Shown here in pieces: positions 24,712-37,226 of a stretch of DNA of 64,000 bases (position 1 is the stretch's first letter; every line of letters starts with the position of its first letter). Under the pieces are notes generated by a model that was given only the letters and a program-made list of their open reading frames with translations, had not been told where the DNA came from and did not search any database. Source of the stretch: Sphyrna mokarran (lineage: Eukaryota); assembly GCA_024679065.1 (NCBI GenBank), contig JAGIQG010000009.1, forward strand, positions 90,954,001 through 91,018,000, given 5' to 3'. The position numbers and the translations under genes were made by a program.

Positions 24712-25950
24712 CATAAGATAATAAGATGTAGGAGCAGGTCATTTGGCCTTCTGACCCTGATCCCTCATTCAGTAAGATCATGCCTGATTGCTTGTGGCTT
24801 TAACTCCTTTCCCGCCTGCCCTTCATAATCCATTATTCACATGTAGATCAAAACTCTGTCTAACTTGGCCTTGAATATATCAATGACCTAGTCTCATTTA
24901 CTTTCTCGTATAAGTAATTCCAAAGACCAGAGAGGAGAAATTCATTCTCATCTCTATTTTAAATGGCCTTAAATGGGAGACCACATATTTTTAAATATTG
25001 CCCTCTAGGTCTAAATTTCCTCACAAGCAAAAACATCCTGTTAGCACCTACTCTGTCAATCCCCTCAAATCTTTTATATTCCACTAAGATCACCTTTCAT
25101 TACCACATTCATTAGCAGATGGAACTCATTATCATAGGAAGTAATTGATGCCAAAACACTGAATGTGTTCAAAAGGCAGCTGGATATAGCACTTGGGGTG
25201 AATAGGATCAAAGGTTATGGGGAGAAGGCAGGATTAGACTATTGAGTTGGACGATCAGCCAAGCTCATGAGAAATGGCACAGCAGACTTGAAGGGGCAAA
25301 TGGATTCCTCCTGCTCCAATCTTCTATGTTTCTATGTTTCATTCTTTTGAACTGCAACAAGTATCCTTTGAGGATAAGGGATAAACATTTAGAACTGAGG
25401 TGAGTAGAAATTTCTTCATGCAGATGGTGGTGAATGCACGGAGTTCATTATCACAGAAAGTAGTTGAGGCCAAAACATTGTCTGAATTCAGGAAGAAATT
25501 ATATATAGTTCTTGGGATTGAAGGGATCAAGGGATATGGGGGAAAGGAGGAATCAGAATGTTAATTCAATGATCAGCCATGATCAAAATGAATGGTGGAG
25601 CAGGTTTGAAGGGCCGAATGGCTTACTCCTGCTTCTAGTTTCTACATATTAGTCCAACCTGCTCAATCATTCCTTATAAGACAATCCTTTCATCCCAGGA
25701 ACCAGCGTAGTGAATCCTCTCTGAATTGAGCAAATATATCCTTTATCCATCCTTGCAGTAAAGGGCAACATTCCATTTACATTGCTAATTACTTTCTGTA
25801 CCTTAAAGTTAACTTTTTGAGCTTCATGTACAATGGCAGACAGATTTTCTGTATCACACGCTTCTGCAGTCTATTTCTATCCTTTCCACTAGACATATTC
25901 CCATCTACTAAACAGTCCATTCACTTAAGCAATATCCCTTTGCAGACTCT
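24712..25950. mobile_element. Nest of old CR1 3' fragments (minus-strand host; plus-strand inserts ~25135-25340 and ~25370-25650)
   Basis: Tails cataagataataag, ctatgtttctatg and ctagtttcta; FF.Q.VVN-type motifs. Confidence 0.75.
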
Positions 25951-26029
25951 TTGGGCAGTGTTGTCTGTGGCAGAGAGCAATTGAAAGCTCCACTCTTTTA
26001 GGGAAGGTCCACAGAATTTTCTTTTCATT

Positions 26030-26500
26030 TCCATTCATGGGATATGGGCATCATTAGCTAGGATAGCACTTTTGCCCAACCCTAATTGTCTATGAGAAGG
26101 TAGTGATGAGCTGCCTTCTTGAACTGCTGCGGTCTATCTGGGCACAACCTCAGACTGAAGAGCCAATCCTTTAAACAGAGATGAGGAGGAATTTCTTCAG
26201 CCAGAGAATGGTGAATCTGTGGATCTCTTTGCTGCAGAAGGCTGTGGAGACCAGGTCATTATGTGTCTTTAAGATAGAGATAGATAGGTCCTTGATTTTT
26301 AAAGGGATCAGAATTATGGGGAAAAGGGAGGAGAATGGGGATGAAAAAAGTATCAGCCATAATTGAATGGTGGAGCAGACTTGATGGGCCAAGTGGCCTA
26401 ATTCTGCTCCAATGTCTTATGGTCTTATGGTGTAGGTACACCCAAAATATTGTTAAGGAGGGAGCTCCAGGATTTTACCCAGCAACAGTGAAGAAATCAG
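26030..26500. mobile_element. 3' end of a second CR1/L2-group LINE lineage (minus) with a CR1 tail inserted at ~26140-26430 (plus)
   Basis: 26030-26120 matches 49500-49590; the insert encodes MRRNFFSQRMVNLW and ends gtcttatggtcttat. Confidence 0.7.
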
Positions 26501-26807
26501 GCACTTACACTGATGAATAGGAGGTTTTCTCCAAAATCAAAGGCCCTGGGGATGGAAATCCCACCGAAATATAGTGCCCAGAGAGTGAAAGCACTGAGAT
26601 GAAAGTGAGGCAGGCAAATCTGAGACCACTTGTTAGCGATCTACCATGTTTCCATGTATATGCATTATTAATGAGGCAGGATGTACTGGAAAATGGGCAC
26701 AATGCAAAAAAATCTCAGTGTGGTGATGGATGAAAGAAAATTCACTTTTCGCACCAACACCGCATCTAACACCAAAGGAAGTTCTGACTCAAGTTTCTTT
26801 CTTTCTT

Positions 26808-28092
26808 CTGGTAGCTTGGGCAGACAAATGGCAGATGGAATTCAATCCTGATAAATGTGAGGTGATGCATTTTGGGAGAAAGAATGTAGGGGGAGGTATA
26901 TGATAAAGGGTAGACTTATTAAGAGTATAGAAATGCAGAGGGACTTGGTGCAGGTGAACAAGTCTCTGAAGGTGGCAGAGCAAGTGGAGAAGGTTGTGAA
27001 GAAAGCATATAGTATGTTAGCCTTCATAGGAAGGGGTGTAGAGTACAAGAGCTGGCCTTTAATGTTGCAGTTGTATAAAACGCTGGTTAGACCTCATTTG
27101 GAACACTGCGTCCAGTTCTGGTCGCCCTACTACCGGAAGGACGTGGAAATTCTGGAGAGAGTGCAGAGGAGGTTTACCAGGATTCTGCCTGGTATGGAAG
27201 GTCTGAGTTACGAGGAGAGATTAGGCAAATTGGGACTGTTTTCCTTAGAAAGACATAGACTTAGAGGAGATCTAATAGAGGTGTACAAGATTATGAAGGG
27301 GATAGATAGCTAGTAAACAGGGTTAAGCTTTTTCCTAGGATGGACTCGAATAGCACGAGGGGTCACGGTGAGGGGGGGTAAGGTATAATTTGGGTGCTAG
27401 AGGGAGTTTTTTCACACAGAGAGTGGTGGGGGTATGGAATGCGCTGCCAAGTAAAGTGGTGGAGGCAGGTACTCTGGAGTTATTTAAGAAATACTTAGAT
27501 GGGCACATGAACAGAATGGGAATGGAGGGGTATAGAAAACTGATTTAAAATAGGGATCATGAGCCTTGGGAGTCCCTGGGAAGTGTGTAAATAGATGATA
27601 ATATTGATGTACTTGTTTTTATCCTACAGGTGCTTTGGTCCACCTTGTTGTCTAACAAGGGGGCATACACGCGATGGGTTGTGAGAGGGCTGCTCTTGGA
27701 TTTTTTTCGAGAGTATCCTAGTGCTTCACGTTGTTAGTGTACGCTTGACCTGGACCATTTGATGGGCAACACGACAGCTCAGTGACTATCGCTGTGCTGT
27801 GCAGATACATGGATTTGGGCCTGTGTCTGTGGGAGTTTGCGCATTCTCCCCGTGCTTGCGTGGGTTTTCTCCGGGCGCTCCGGTTTCTTCCCACATCCCA
27901 AAGATGTGCTCTTAGGCTAATTGGCAAAACAAATTCTCCCTAAATTGCCTCAAATTTGGTTTTTAATCCATAGATCTATAAACATGGACAGGGATCGCGT
28001 GTAGAAGTGGGAACATCGGGGTGGCGGCGCAGGCTCGTTGGGCCGAAGGGCCTGTTTCCCGTGCTGTTTTGTTCTTTGTTCTTTGTTCTTTG
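26808..28092 (+). mobile_element. CR1, long-3'UTR lineage (copy A2); structured domain 27637-27756, then V-SINE part
   Basis: Collinear with 5965-7271. Confidence 0.95.
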
Positions 28093-28109
28093 TAAACATT
28101 CTGTACTGA

Positions 28110-28785
28110 AAAAGTGGAGTAGACTGTGTATGGAACCAAAAGAAATGGGCTTTTTGCGTCTGTATTCACAGGAAACGGGCATGGAGTCTATGGAAATAGG
28201 GCAAACAGGTAGGGAGGTCATGGAACCTTTACAGATTAAAGAGGAGGAGGTACTGGCTATCTTGAGGCAAATAAGAGTGGATAAATCCCCAGAACCAGAC
28301 AGGGTATTCCTACAATCCTTGAGGGAGGCTAGTGTTGAACTTGCAAGGACCGTGGCAGACATATTTAAAATGTCAATATTCACGGGCGAGGTGCTGGATG
28401 ATTGGAGGGTGGCTCATGTTGTTCCATTGCTTAAAAAAGGTTCTAAAAGAAATCCGGGGAATTCTAGGCCAGTAAGTTTGACGTTGGTGGGCAAGTTATT
28501 GGAAGGTGTGATAAAAGATAGCTTCTACAAATATTTGGATAGACAGGGACTTATTAGGGAGAGCCAACAAGGCTTTCTGCGTGGTGGGTCATGTTTGACC
28601 AATCTATTAGAGTTTTCAAGGAAGTTACCAGGAATGTGGATGAAGGGAAGGCGGTGGATGTTGTCCACTTGGATTTCAGCAAGGCCTTTGACAAAGTCCC
28701 TCATGGGAGGTTAGTTAGGAAGGTTGAGTCGCTAGGTATACATGAGGAGGTTGTAAATTGGATTAGACACTGGCTTAAAGGAAGA
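28110..28785 (+). mobile_element. CR1 RT N-terminal fragment ending at a PLE junction
   Basis: DKSPEPD, DWRVAHVVPL, DFSKAFDKVPH, WIRHWLKGR. Confidence 0.92.
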
Positions 28786-28844
28786 ACTTAGTAAGAATCT
28801 AGCAACACCAATTTTAAATCCAACCGATTTATTTGATAGTAAAA

Positions 28845-28880
28845 TTGCGAGCTTTCGATCTTTTCATCTTCGTCAGGCAA
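28845..28880 (-). ncRNA. Minimal hammerhead ribozyme motif (best-preserved copy)
   Basis: uugc-CUGACGA-A-gau(gaaaag)auc-GAAA-GC-UC-gcaa. Confidence 0.82.
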
Positions 28881-30311
28881 ATGCAGTGTTCTGGTTTGCA
28901 ATAGCACACATCAGCACAGACAGTCACAGATTGCTGATTAGAATGCGAATCCTTACATCTAACCTGCTATTCAAGTGTTAAAGTGGCTAACAATGTGTGT
29001 GAAGGGAATCCTGAGCATTGGTTAGAGAATTGTGTATTTTCTCCAGACAGCACAGTAAGTGAGGTTTTTTGCTAACCCAGGCAAGTTACGGGGGTTACAG
29101 ATAGTGTGGCATGAAGCCAAGATCCCTGTTAAGACCATCCTCATGTGTGTGGAACTTGGCTATCAGTCTCTGCTCAGCGACTCTGCGCTGTCATGTGTCA
29201 TGAAGGCCCCCTTGAAGAATATTTACCCGAAGATCGGAGGCCGAATGCCCGTGACTGCTGAAGTGTTCGCCCACAGGAAGGGAACTGTTTTGCCTGGTGA
29301 TTGTTGAGCGATGCTCATTCATCCGCTGTCGTAGTGTCTGCATGGTCTCCCCAATGTACCATGCTTCGGGACATCCTTTCTTGCAACGTATTAGGTAGAC
29401 AACGTTGGCCGGGTTGCAAGAGTATGTACTGTGTACCTGGTGAATGGTATCCTCAAGTTTGATGATGTCATCCATGTCTATGATCTGGCATGTCTTGCAG
29501 AGGCTGCTGTGGCATGGTTATGTGGTATTGTAGTCACCGTTCTCCTGAAGGTTGGATAGTTTGCTGCGAACAATGATCTGTTTGAGGTTGTGCGGTTGTC
29601 TGAAAGCATGGGGACCAAATTTCATGTTCATGGAAGTGAGATGTTCATCGTCATCAATGATATGTTGAAGACGCCGGAGAAGATGTCGTAGCTTCTCCGC
29701 TCCAGGGAAGTACTGGACAACAAAGGGTACTCTGTCCACCGTGTCCCGTGTTTGTCTTCTGAGGAGGTCAGTGCGGTTTATCGCTGTGGCACGTCGGAAC
29801 TGTCAATCGATGAGTCAAGTGCCATATCCTGTTCTCACGAGGGCATCTTTCAGCGTCTGGAGGTGTCTGTCATGATCCTCCTCATCTAAGCAAATTCTGT
29901 GTATATGGAGGGCTTGTCCATAGGGAATGGCTTCTTTAACGTGTCTAGGGTGGAAGCTGGAGAAATGGAGCATTGTGAGGTTGTCTGTCAGTTTTCGGTA
30001 CAGTGAGGTGCTGAGGTGACCGTCCTTGATGGAGATGCATGTGTGCAAGAATGCAACTGATTCTGGAGAATAGTCCATGGTGAGTCTGATGGTGGGATGG
30101 AACTTGTTGATATCATCATACAGTTGTTTCAATGATTGTTCACCATGAATCCAAAGGAAAAAGATGTCATCAATGTATCTAGTATATAACCTTGGTTGAA
30201 GATCCTGTGTGGTGAAGAAGTCTTGTTCGAACCTGCGCATGAAGATGTTGGCATTTCGAGGTGCGAATTTGGTCCCCATGGCTGTTCTGTGTGTCTGGAA
30301 CAGAACACTGC

Positions 30312-30351
30312 ATTTGCCTGACGAAGACGAAAAGATCAAAAGCTCGCAAAT
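30312..30351 (+). ncRNA. Hammerhead motif with 6-bp stem I and a mutated core
   Basis: auuugc-CUGACGA..(A)AAA-GC-UC-gcaaau. Confidence 0.68.
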
Positions 30352-32344
30352 TTACCTTCAAATAAATCGGTTGGATTTAAAATTGGTTTTGCTAGATTCT
30401 TACTGAGTTCTTACTACCCCAGTCCAACGCCGGCATCTCTACATCATGACTACTATCGACACCGCATACTGCCGGATCCAAGTGGAGAGGATCTCCAAGA
30501 GGATTGCACAAATCGACCCAGACATCAAGTTTCTACAGAGATGCAAGAAAGCAGACAGGATACCAAAGGGACTACAGATCACGAACCCACTCAGGTCAAC
30601 CTATAACACAGACTACACTGAGAGACTTTGCCGTCGCACCTCTCTCACACTCCTCAATCACCTCATACACCAGCTCTATAGCAAACGCCGCACCCTGGAA
30701 AGTAAAATGGAATACATATTCTCAACTTGCGCTCAGGACGCAGACCAGCTGCGAAACTTTGCCAAGCATATAAGATGAAGAAACTACACTATTTACATGC
30801 ACACCAAGAACAGGAAACTTGAAAAACTCGGCATCACCACCAGCAACAACCAAGGCACCACAGTACCTTGGCACCACAGTAGAAAACAGCACTACCGCAG
30901 GGAGGTCCATTGTTAACTTGTCGGACTACACATTTCAATCAGAGAAATCGAAGTTCTCAGCTGAGGGCTCAATTTCTGTCCTACCACCAAAATGGACCCC
31001 ATCAGTCTCGCAGCGGACACAGAGGAATTCATCAGGCAAATGAGACTATGTGAGTTCTTCCACAAACCCCAAGAGGCCAATAGTGAACTCAATGAGACAG
31101 CTAATGAACCAGAACAGCCGACAGAGGGATCCGCAGTGCAGCAACCGAAGAGGAATGAATCCAATTGGACTCCTCCGGAAGGCCGCTGCCCCTGACTGGA
31201 CATGTATGCCCAAGCCATCAGGAGGTGCGTGAACACCAGATTCATCAACCATACTTACAAGACAGTCCTGAACATCACCCAAGTCAAAGCAAGGCCATCC
31301 GTGCTCTCAAGACCAACTGCAATATTGTCATCAAACCAGCAGACAAAGGAGGCGCCACCGTCATACTGAACAGAATGGATTACTGTGAAGAAGTGTACCG
31401 ACAACTAAACAATGTGAAACACTACAGACAGTTACCAGCAGATCCGACCAAAGAACACACTCGTCAACTCAACACTCTGATCAAAACTTTGATCCGGACC
31501 TTCAGAACACCCTCCAGGCCCTCATTCCACGTACTCCCTGCATTGGAGATCTCTACTGCCTCCCAAAGATACACAAGGCAAACATACCCGGCCGTCCTAA
31601 AGTATCGGGCAATGGGACCCTGTGTGAGAACCTCTCCGGCTATATCGAGGGCATCCTGAAACCAATTGTACAAAGAACCCCCAGCTTTTGTCTTGACATT
31701 ACAGACTTCTTACAGAAACTCAGCACACATGGAGCATTTGAACCAGGGACACTCCTTGTCACAATGGATGTCTCGGCACTCTACACCAACATCCCCCACG
31801 ACGATGATATTGCTGCAACTGCCTCAGTACTCAATGCCAACAACTGCCAGTTTCCGGATGCAATTTTACAACTCATCCGCTTCATCTTGGACCACAATGA
31901 CTTCACCTTCAACAATCAGCTTTTCATCCAGACACACGGAACAGTGTTCCTTTTTGCTTTTTCTGCCCCCTTCATCCTGTGTGAATTAGTCACTCTACTA
32001 CAGAAAAAGGAGCTGGCTGTTTGGTGAATATCTGATAAATAGTTAAATTCTGTTTCAATCCTAAGGTCTAAAATGATGTAAACTAAGGTAGTAAAATATA
32101 TAAAAAGGAAGGTAAATAAATATAAGTAATTAATTAAAACACACTAAGAATGGCAGAACAGGTAATATATCAAGGCCACAACATGTACGAGCTCCTGGAT
32201 GCCAGTGTGATCAAGAGCAAACACATGTCTACAGTAAGTGTTTGCAGTTCAAGGAGCTTTGGATCAGTCATTGGAGGCTGATCTGCAGACATGATGACAC
32301 AACAAGGAAGGGAAAAGTACCTGGAAGCTCTGTACTAAGAGACA

Positions 32345-33551
32345 ACAAAGAACAAAGAACAACACAGCACGGGAAACAGGCCCTTCGGCCCAACAAGCCT
32401 GCGCCGCCATCCTAACATCTTAATGACATATAGAGACCAATATAGGGACAATTTGTTACCCAATCAGCCTAAGAGCACATTTTTGGATGTGGGAGGAAAC
32501 CGGAGCACCCGGAGAAAACCCACGCAACCACGGGGAGAACGCGCAAACTCCCGCAGACACAGGCCCAAATCCATGTGTCTGCACAGCAACAGCGATAGTC
32601 TCTGAGCTGTCATGTTGCCCATCTGATGGTCCAGTTTAAGCATACACTAACGACATGACGCACTAGGCCACTCCTGAAGTAACATCCAGGAGCAGCCCTC
32701 GCACGACCTGCCGAATGCATGCACCTTGTTGGTCAACAAGGTGGACCGAACAGCCTGTGGAAACAATTAAAGCATTTAAACAGTCCTCCTATATCCCTCT
32801 ATCTGCAGACCGCTCATGTGGCTGTCCAGGAGACCCTTAAACAACCCTAGCGTGCCTGCTCCCACCACCTTACTCAGTAGTGCATTCCACACCCCCACTA
32901 CCCTCTGTGTGAAAAAATGCCCTCTAATATTAGTCTTATACATAGCCCCCTTCACCCTAAGGCCGTGACCCCTCGTTCTATCAGAATCTAATGGTGGAAA
33001 AAGCTTACCACCATTTACTCTATCTATACCCCTCATTATCTTATATACCTCTAATAGATCCCCTCTCAGCCGACGTCTTTCAAGGGAAAACAACCCCAGT
33101 GTTTTCAATCTTTCCTCGTAAGACAGCCCTTCCATACCAGGCAGCATCCTGGTACATCTCCTCTGCACTCTCTCCAGGGCCTCTACATCCTTCCTGTAGT
33201 ACGGCGACCAGAACTGGACGCAGTACTCCAGATGAGGCCTAACCAACGTTCTATACACTTGCAACATCAAACTCCTACTCTTGTATTCTATACCCCTTCC
33301 TATGAAGGCTAACATACCATACACTTTCTTCATCACTTTTTCCACCTGTACTGACACCTTCAGAGACTTGTGAACCTGCACCCCCAGGTCTCTCTGCGTC
33401 TCTATACTCCGGATAGTTTTACCTTTTATCCTATAACTCCCCTCTACATTATTCCGGCCAAAATGCATCACCTCGCATTTATCCGGATTAAATTCCATTT
33501 GCCATCTATCTGCTCAATCTACCAGCCTATCTAGATAGGCAGATAGATAGG
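32345..33551 (-). mobile_element. CR1, long-3'UTR lineage, divergent subfamily (copy B); structured domain 32628-32747
   Basis: ORF 32776-33498; TSD aagagaca at 32337-32344 and 33552-33559. Confidence 0.95.
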
Positions 33552-33966
33552 AAGAGACAGTCATACCATTTAGGATGGTGTCTTCTGATCTGGTCTATGA
33601 TCAGGTACAGGACAGCATAAGACAGGTAAGGGAACTCAGACAGCAGGAATGCAGAAGCCTCAGCCTTTTCAATTGTCCAGTAGCTTGAAGGATCTCTCAG
33701 CTTGTTTGGATGGGAGTATGGTTTGCAGGGTGGATAAACAAACTGATTATGGCACCATGTTGAAAGCTATTTAAGTGTGTGTGTGTGTAGGGATGGGGGG
33801 AGGTGGGGAGAAGGAATGTAGTGATAGTAAGGGACATTATAGTGAGGGGGATTAATACTGTTCTCCACAGCAAAGAGTGAAAGATCAGATATTTAAATTG
33901 CCTACCTGGTGCCACATTCAGGGCATCTGCCCAAGGTTGGAGGGAACTCTCAGTGGGATACCTGCC

Positions 33967-34140
33967 ATCACAGAATCCCAACAGTGGAGAAGGAGGCCGT
34001 TCAGCCCATTGAACTGCACTGAATTTCCTGCAAAGCATTATATTCAGGCCCTATTGCTGTAACCCTACATATTTACCCTGCTAATTCCTCTAACCTACAC
34101 ATCCTGGGACACTAAGTGGCAATTTAGTACAGCCATTCAA
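33967..34140 (-). mobile_element. HE1-type SINE 3' fragment
   Basis: Reverse complement resembles 51620-51790 (taaattgc..ccttct.cactg..attct.tg). Confidence 0.65.
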
Positions 34141-34494
34141 TAATTTAATATAGCCAAGTGATAATTTTTGGATTATTACCTGAGCTACATGCAAATTGGC
34201 ACAGATAAATTAAAATAGAAAGGTGAATGCGTAACTCAAAACTAATGTGGGAGAAAAGGTTTCCATTTGTGGAATATTGGCGCAACTACTGGAGGAAATG
34301 GAAGCTGTGTCATTGAGACAGTCTATACCTGAATCATGCTAGGACTAGTGTCCTTGCCAGCTTCATAACTTAAGCAGTAGAGGGTTTAAACTAAATGATG
34401 GTAGCCAGAGATCAAATTTGGGAAACGTATGTGAAATCAAAGAGCAGACAAAAAACAAGAGAGAAAGATATTCAGTATTATAGAAAGTTGTGGT

Positions 34495-34725
34495 CTCTAT
34501 ATTGGAGAGACCAAGTGTAGTCTGGGTGATCATTTTGCTGAGCACCTTTGGTCTGTGTGCAACCAGGATCCTGAACTTTCTGTTGCTTGCCTTTTTAACA
34601 CATGATCCTGCTCCCACGCTCACATGTTTGTCCTTGGCTTGCTGCAATGTTCCAGTGAAACTTAACACAAACTGGAGGAACAGCACCTCATCTTCTGGCG
34701 TTCTGGTCTCAACATCGAATTCATC
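34495..34725 (+). mobile_element. PLE second-family GIY-YIG fragment
   Basis: YIGETKCSLGDHFAEHLWSV..KLEEQHLIF. Confidence 0.75.
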
Positions 34726-34739
34726 GAATAGAAGGCAAT

Positions 34740-34910
34740 GGCAGAACGGATTTATGAAGGGAGATCATGCTTGACAAACCTGTTGGAATTCTTTCAAGAT
34801 GTAACTAGTAGAGGTGACAAGGTGCAGCTAGAAGATGTAGTGTATTTGGACTTTCAGAAAGCGTTTGACAAAGTCCAGCATAAGAGATTATTGGGTAAGA
34901 TTAAATCCAA
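34740..34910 (+). mobile_element. CR1 RT fragment
   Basis: GRSCLTNLLEFF..YLDFQKAFDKV. Confidence 0.88.
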
Positions 34911-36944
34911 TATTCTGTCCCTGTGCGTCAATCACACACTGCCCTTGCAAGATCTGGCTATCCACTCCTGGCCTTTGCAAGTACAAGTAAGTGCTACCCA
35001 TAGAATGCACTTGTGCATACATGCCACCCCAGCCCTGCCCTCGGGGACCAAGCCCACATGCACATGCATGTTGCCACCCACAGCCTGCGCTCGTGCCACC
35101 CGCAGTCTGCCCTTGCGTGTATATGTAACTCTACGCATTGCCCGTGTGTGTGCTTGCCACCGTACGCCATGCCTTTGTGCACATGTGTGCCACTGTACGC
35201 ACTGCCTTCATGTCCGCACTCCACCCATGCCCTGCCGTCACACACATGCTCCACCCGCCTTTGCACATGTGTTCCAACCAACGCCCTGCCCTCATGCACA
35301 TACACCACACTACATCCTGTCTCATCTACATGCACCACCCTATGCCCTCCACTCACCTGTGTGCCCAACACTCTGCCCTCACACGCATGCTCCACCCTAC
35401 CCTATGCTGTTATGCATGTGCCCCAACTGACATACTGTTCTCATGTGCACTCCACTCTATTCTGCCCTCATGTGCATACAGCACACAATGCCCTCCCTTC
35501 ACGAACATGGTCCACCACACACCCTGTCCTCATGCGAGTGTCACCCTACACACTGCCATCACACACATTTGCCACCTTATGCCCTGCCATTGCACGTGCT
35601 CCATCTTATTCTGTGCCCTTGCAGGTGCACTCCACCCTATGCCCTGCCCTTTCCTGCGTGCTCCACCCCTACACCCTGACCTCATGTATGTGCCACACAA
35701 TGCCCTGCTCTCACGCACACGTGTTACACAATGCCCTGTGCTTGCATGCGCACACCCCCATTCCCAGCTGTCGTGCGTATTCCACTCTAAGCTTGTCCTT
35801 GCATGTGTGCTCCACCCTAGGCCCTGCCCTCGTATGCACATTCCACACTATGTCCTGCTCTTACGTGCCCACTCAACCTTACTCCTTGTCCTCCATCCTA
35901 CACCCTGCTCTCGTGTGCGCTCCACCCTATGCCCTGCCCATATGCATGTGCCACAACGCTGTGCCCTCATGCACGTGTGTTACACAATGCCCTATCCTTG
36001 CATGTGCCAATCCATGCTCTGCCCTCATCAACACAATCCACTGTAAGCCCTATCTTCACATGCGCACTCCACTCTACACCCTACCCTTGTATGTACACTC
36101 TACACTACACCTTGCCCTCATGTAACTATTCAACCCTACTTGCTGACCTCCACCCTACACCCTGCCCTCAGATGCGAGGTCTACCTATGCCCAGCTCTTG
36201 TATGCGAGCTCTACCCTACATCCTGCCCTGACATGTGCACTTCACCCTATGCCTTATCCTTACGCCTGTGCTCCACCCTATACCCTGCTCTTGCGCACGC
36301 GCGCAACACCTAAAACCCTGCTCTTGTGTGTGCGTTCTACCCTAAGCCCCGAACTCGTACGTGCTATATCCTTTGCCCTGGTCTTCCATGTGCACTCAAC
36401 CCTATTCACTGCCATCCACCATATGCCTTGCCCTCACGTGCACACTCCACCCTACACCCTGTTCTTGCGTGCAAGCTCCACGCTCTGCATGTCCTCATGT
36501 GCATGCTCTACACTATGCCCTGTCCTCACACACATGCTCCATTGTATGCCCAGCCCTCATGTGCATGCACACCACACAACACCCTGCCCTCATGTGCGTG
36601 CACCACCCACATCCTGCCCTGGTATGCATACCACCCTACACTCTGTCCTCTTGCACACACTCCACCCTATGCAATGCCCTCATGCATATGTGCCACTCTT
36701 CACGCTGCCCTTGCCCAGGTATGTTCCACACTGCGCCCAGTCATTGCACTCACCTTTTGCCATGCCCTCAAAAGTATGCTCTGCCCTATACCCTACCCAC
36801 TGTGCGCTCCAACCTACACGCTGCCCTTGCGCCTCACGATGCCCTGCCCTTGTGCATGCGTGGCACACAGTGCCCTGCCTTCACACAGGTCACACTACAC
36901 CCTGCACCTATGCACGTGCCACTCTATAGCCTGCACTCACACAT

Positions 36945-37226
36945 GCTAGCACGAGGGGACACAGCTTTAAATTAAGGGGTATGAGTTATAGGACGGATAT
37001 CAGAGGTAGGTTCTTTACCCAAAGAGTGATTAGGGAGTGGAATGCCCTGCCTGCAGCTGTTGTAGATGCGCCAAGTGTGGTGGCATTTAAGAGGTTAATT
37101 GATAAGTATATGGAAGAGAAGGGAATGGTTTAGTTTGGAGGGGCATTGCTTTTTATTTTGGTCGGCACAACATCGAAGGCCGAAGGGCCTGTTCTGTGCT
37201 GTAATGTTCTATGTTCTATGTTCTAT
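36945..37226 (+). mobile_element. CR1 3' end inserted in the array
   Basis: Near-identical to 14637-14917. Confidence 0.93.

Larger units (their letters stand above)
28782..31945. mobile_element. Near full-length Penelope-like element in two opposed halves
   Basis: Minus 28782-30299 runs QTHRTAMG..YIDD..GIY-YIG..pLTR; plus 30300-31945 runs pLTR..ATG 30446..KPADKGG..MDVSALYTNIP..FIQTHGT. Confidence 0.95.
32150..34330 (+). mobile_element. Old CR1 ORF1 remnant (Zn-finger and SGNH-esterase-like), interrupted
   Basis: MAEQV..MYELLDASVI..SKCLQ; VVIVRDIIVRGINT..CLPGA resembles the GDSIVRG motif. Confidence 0.65.
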
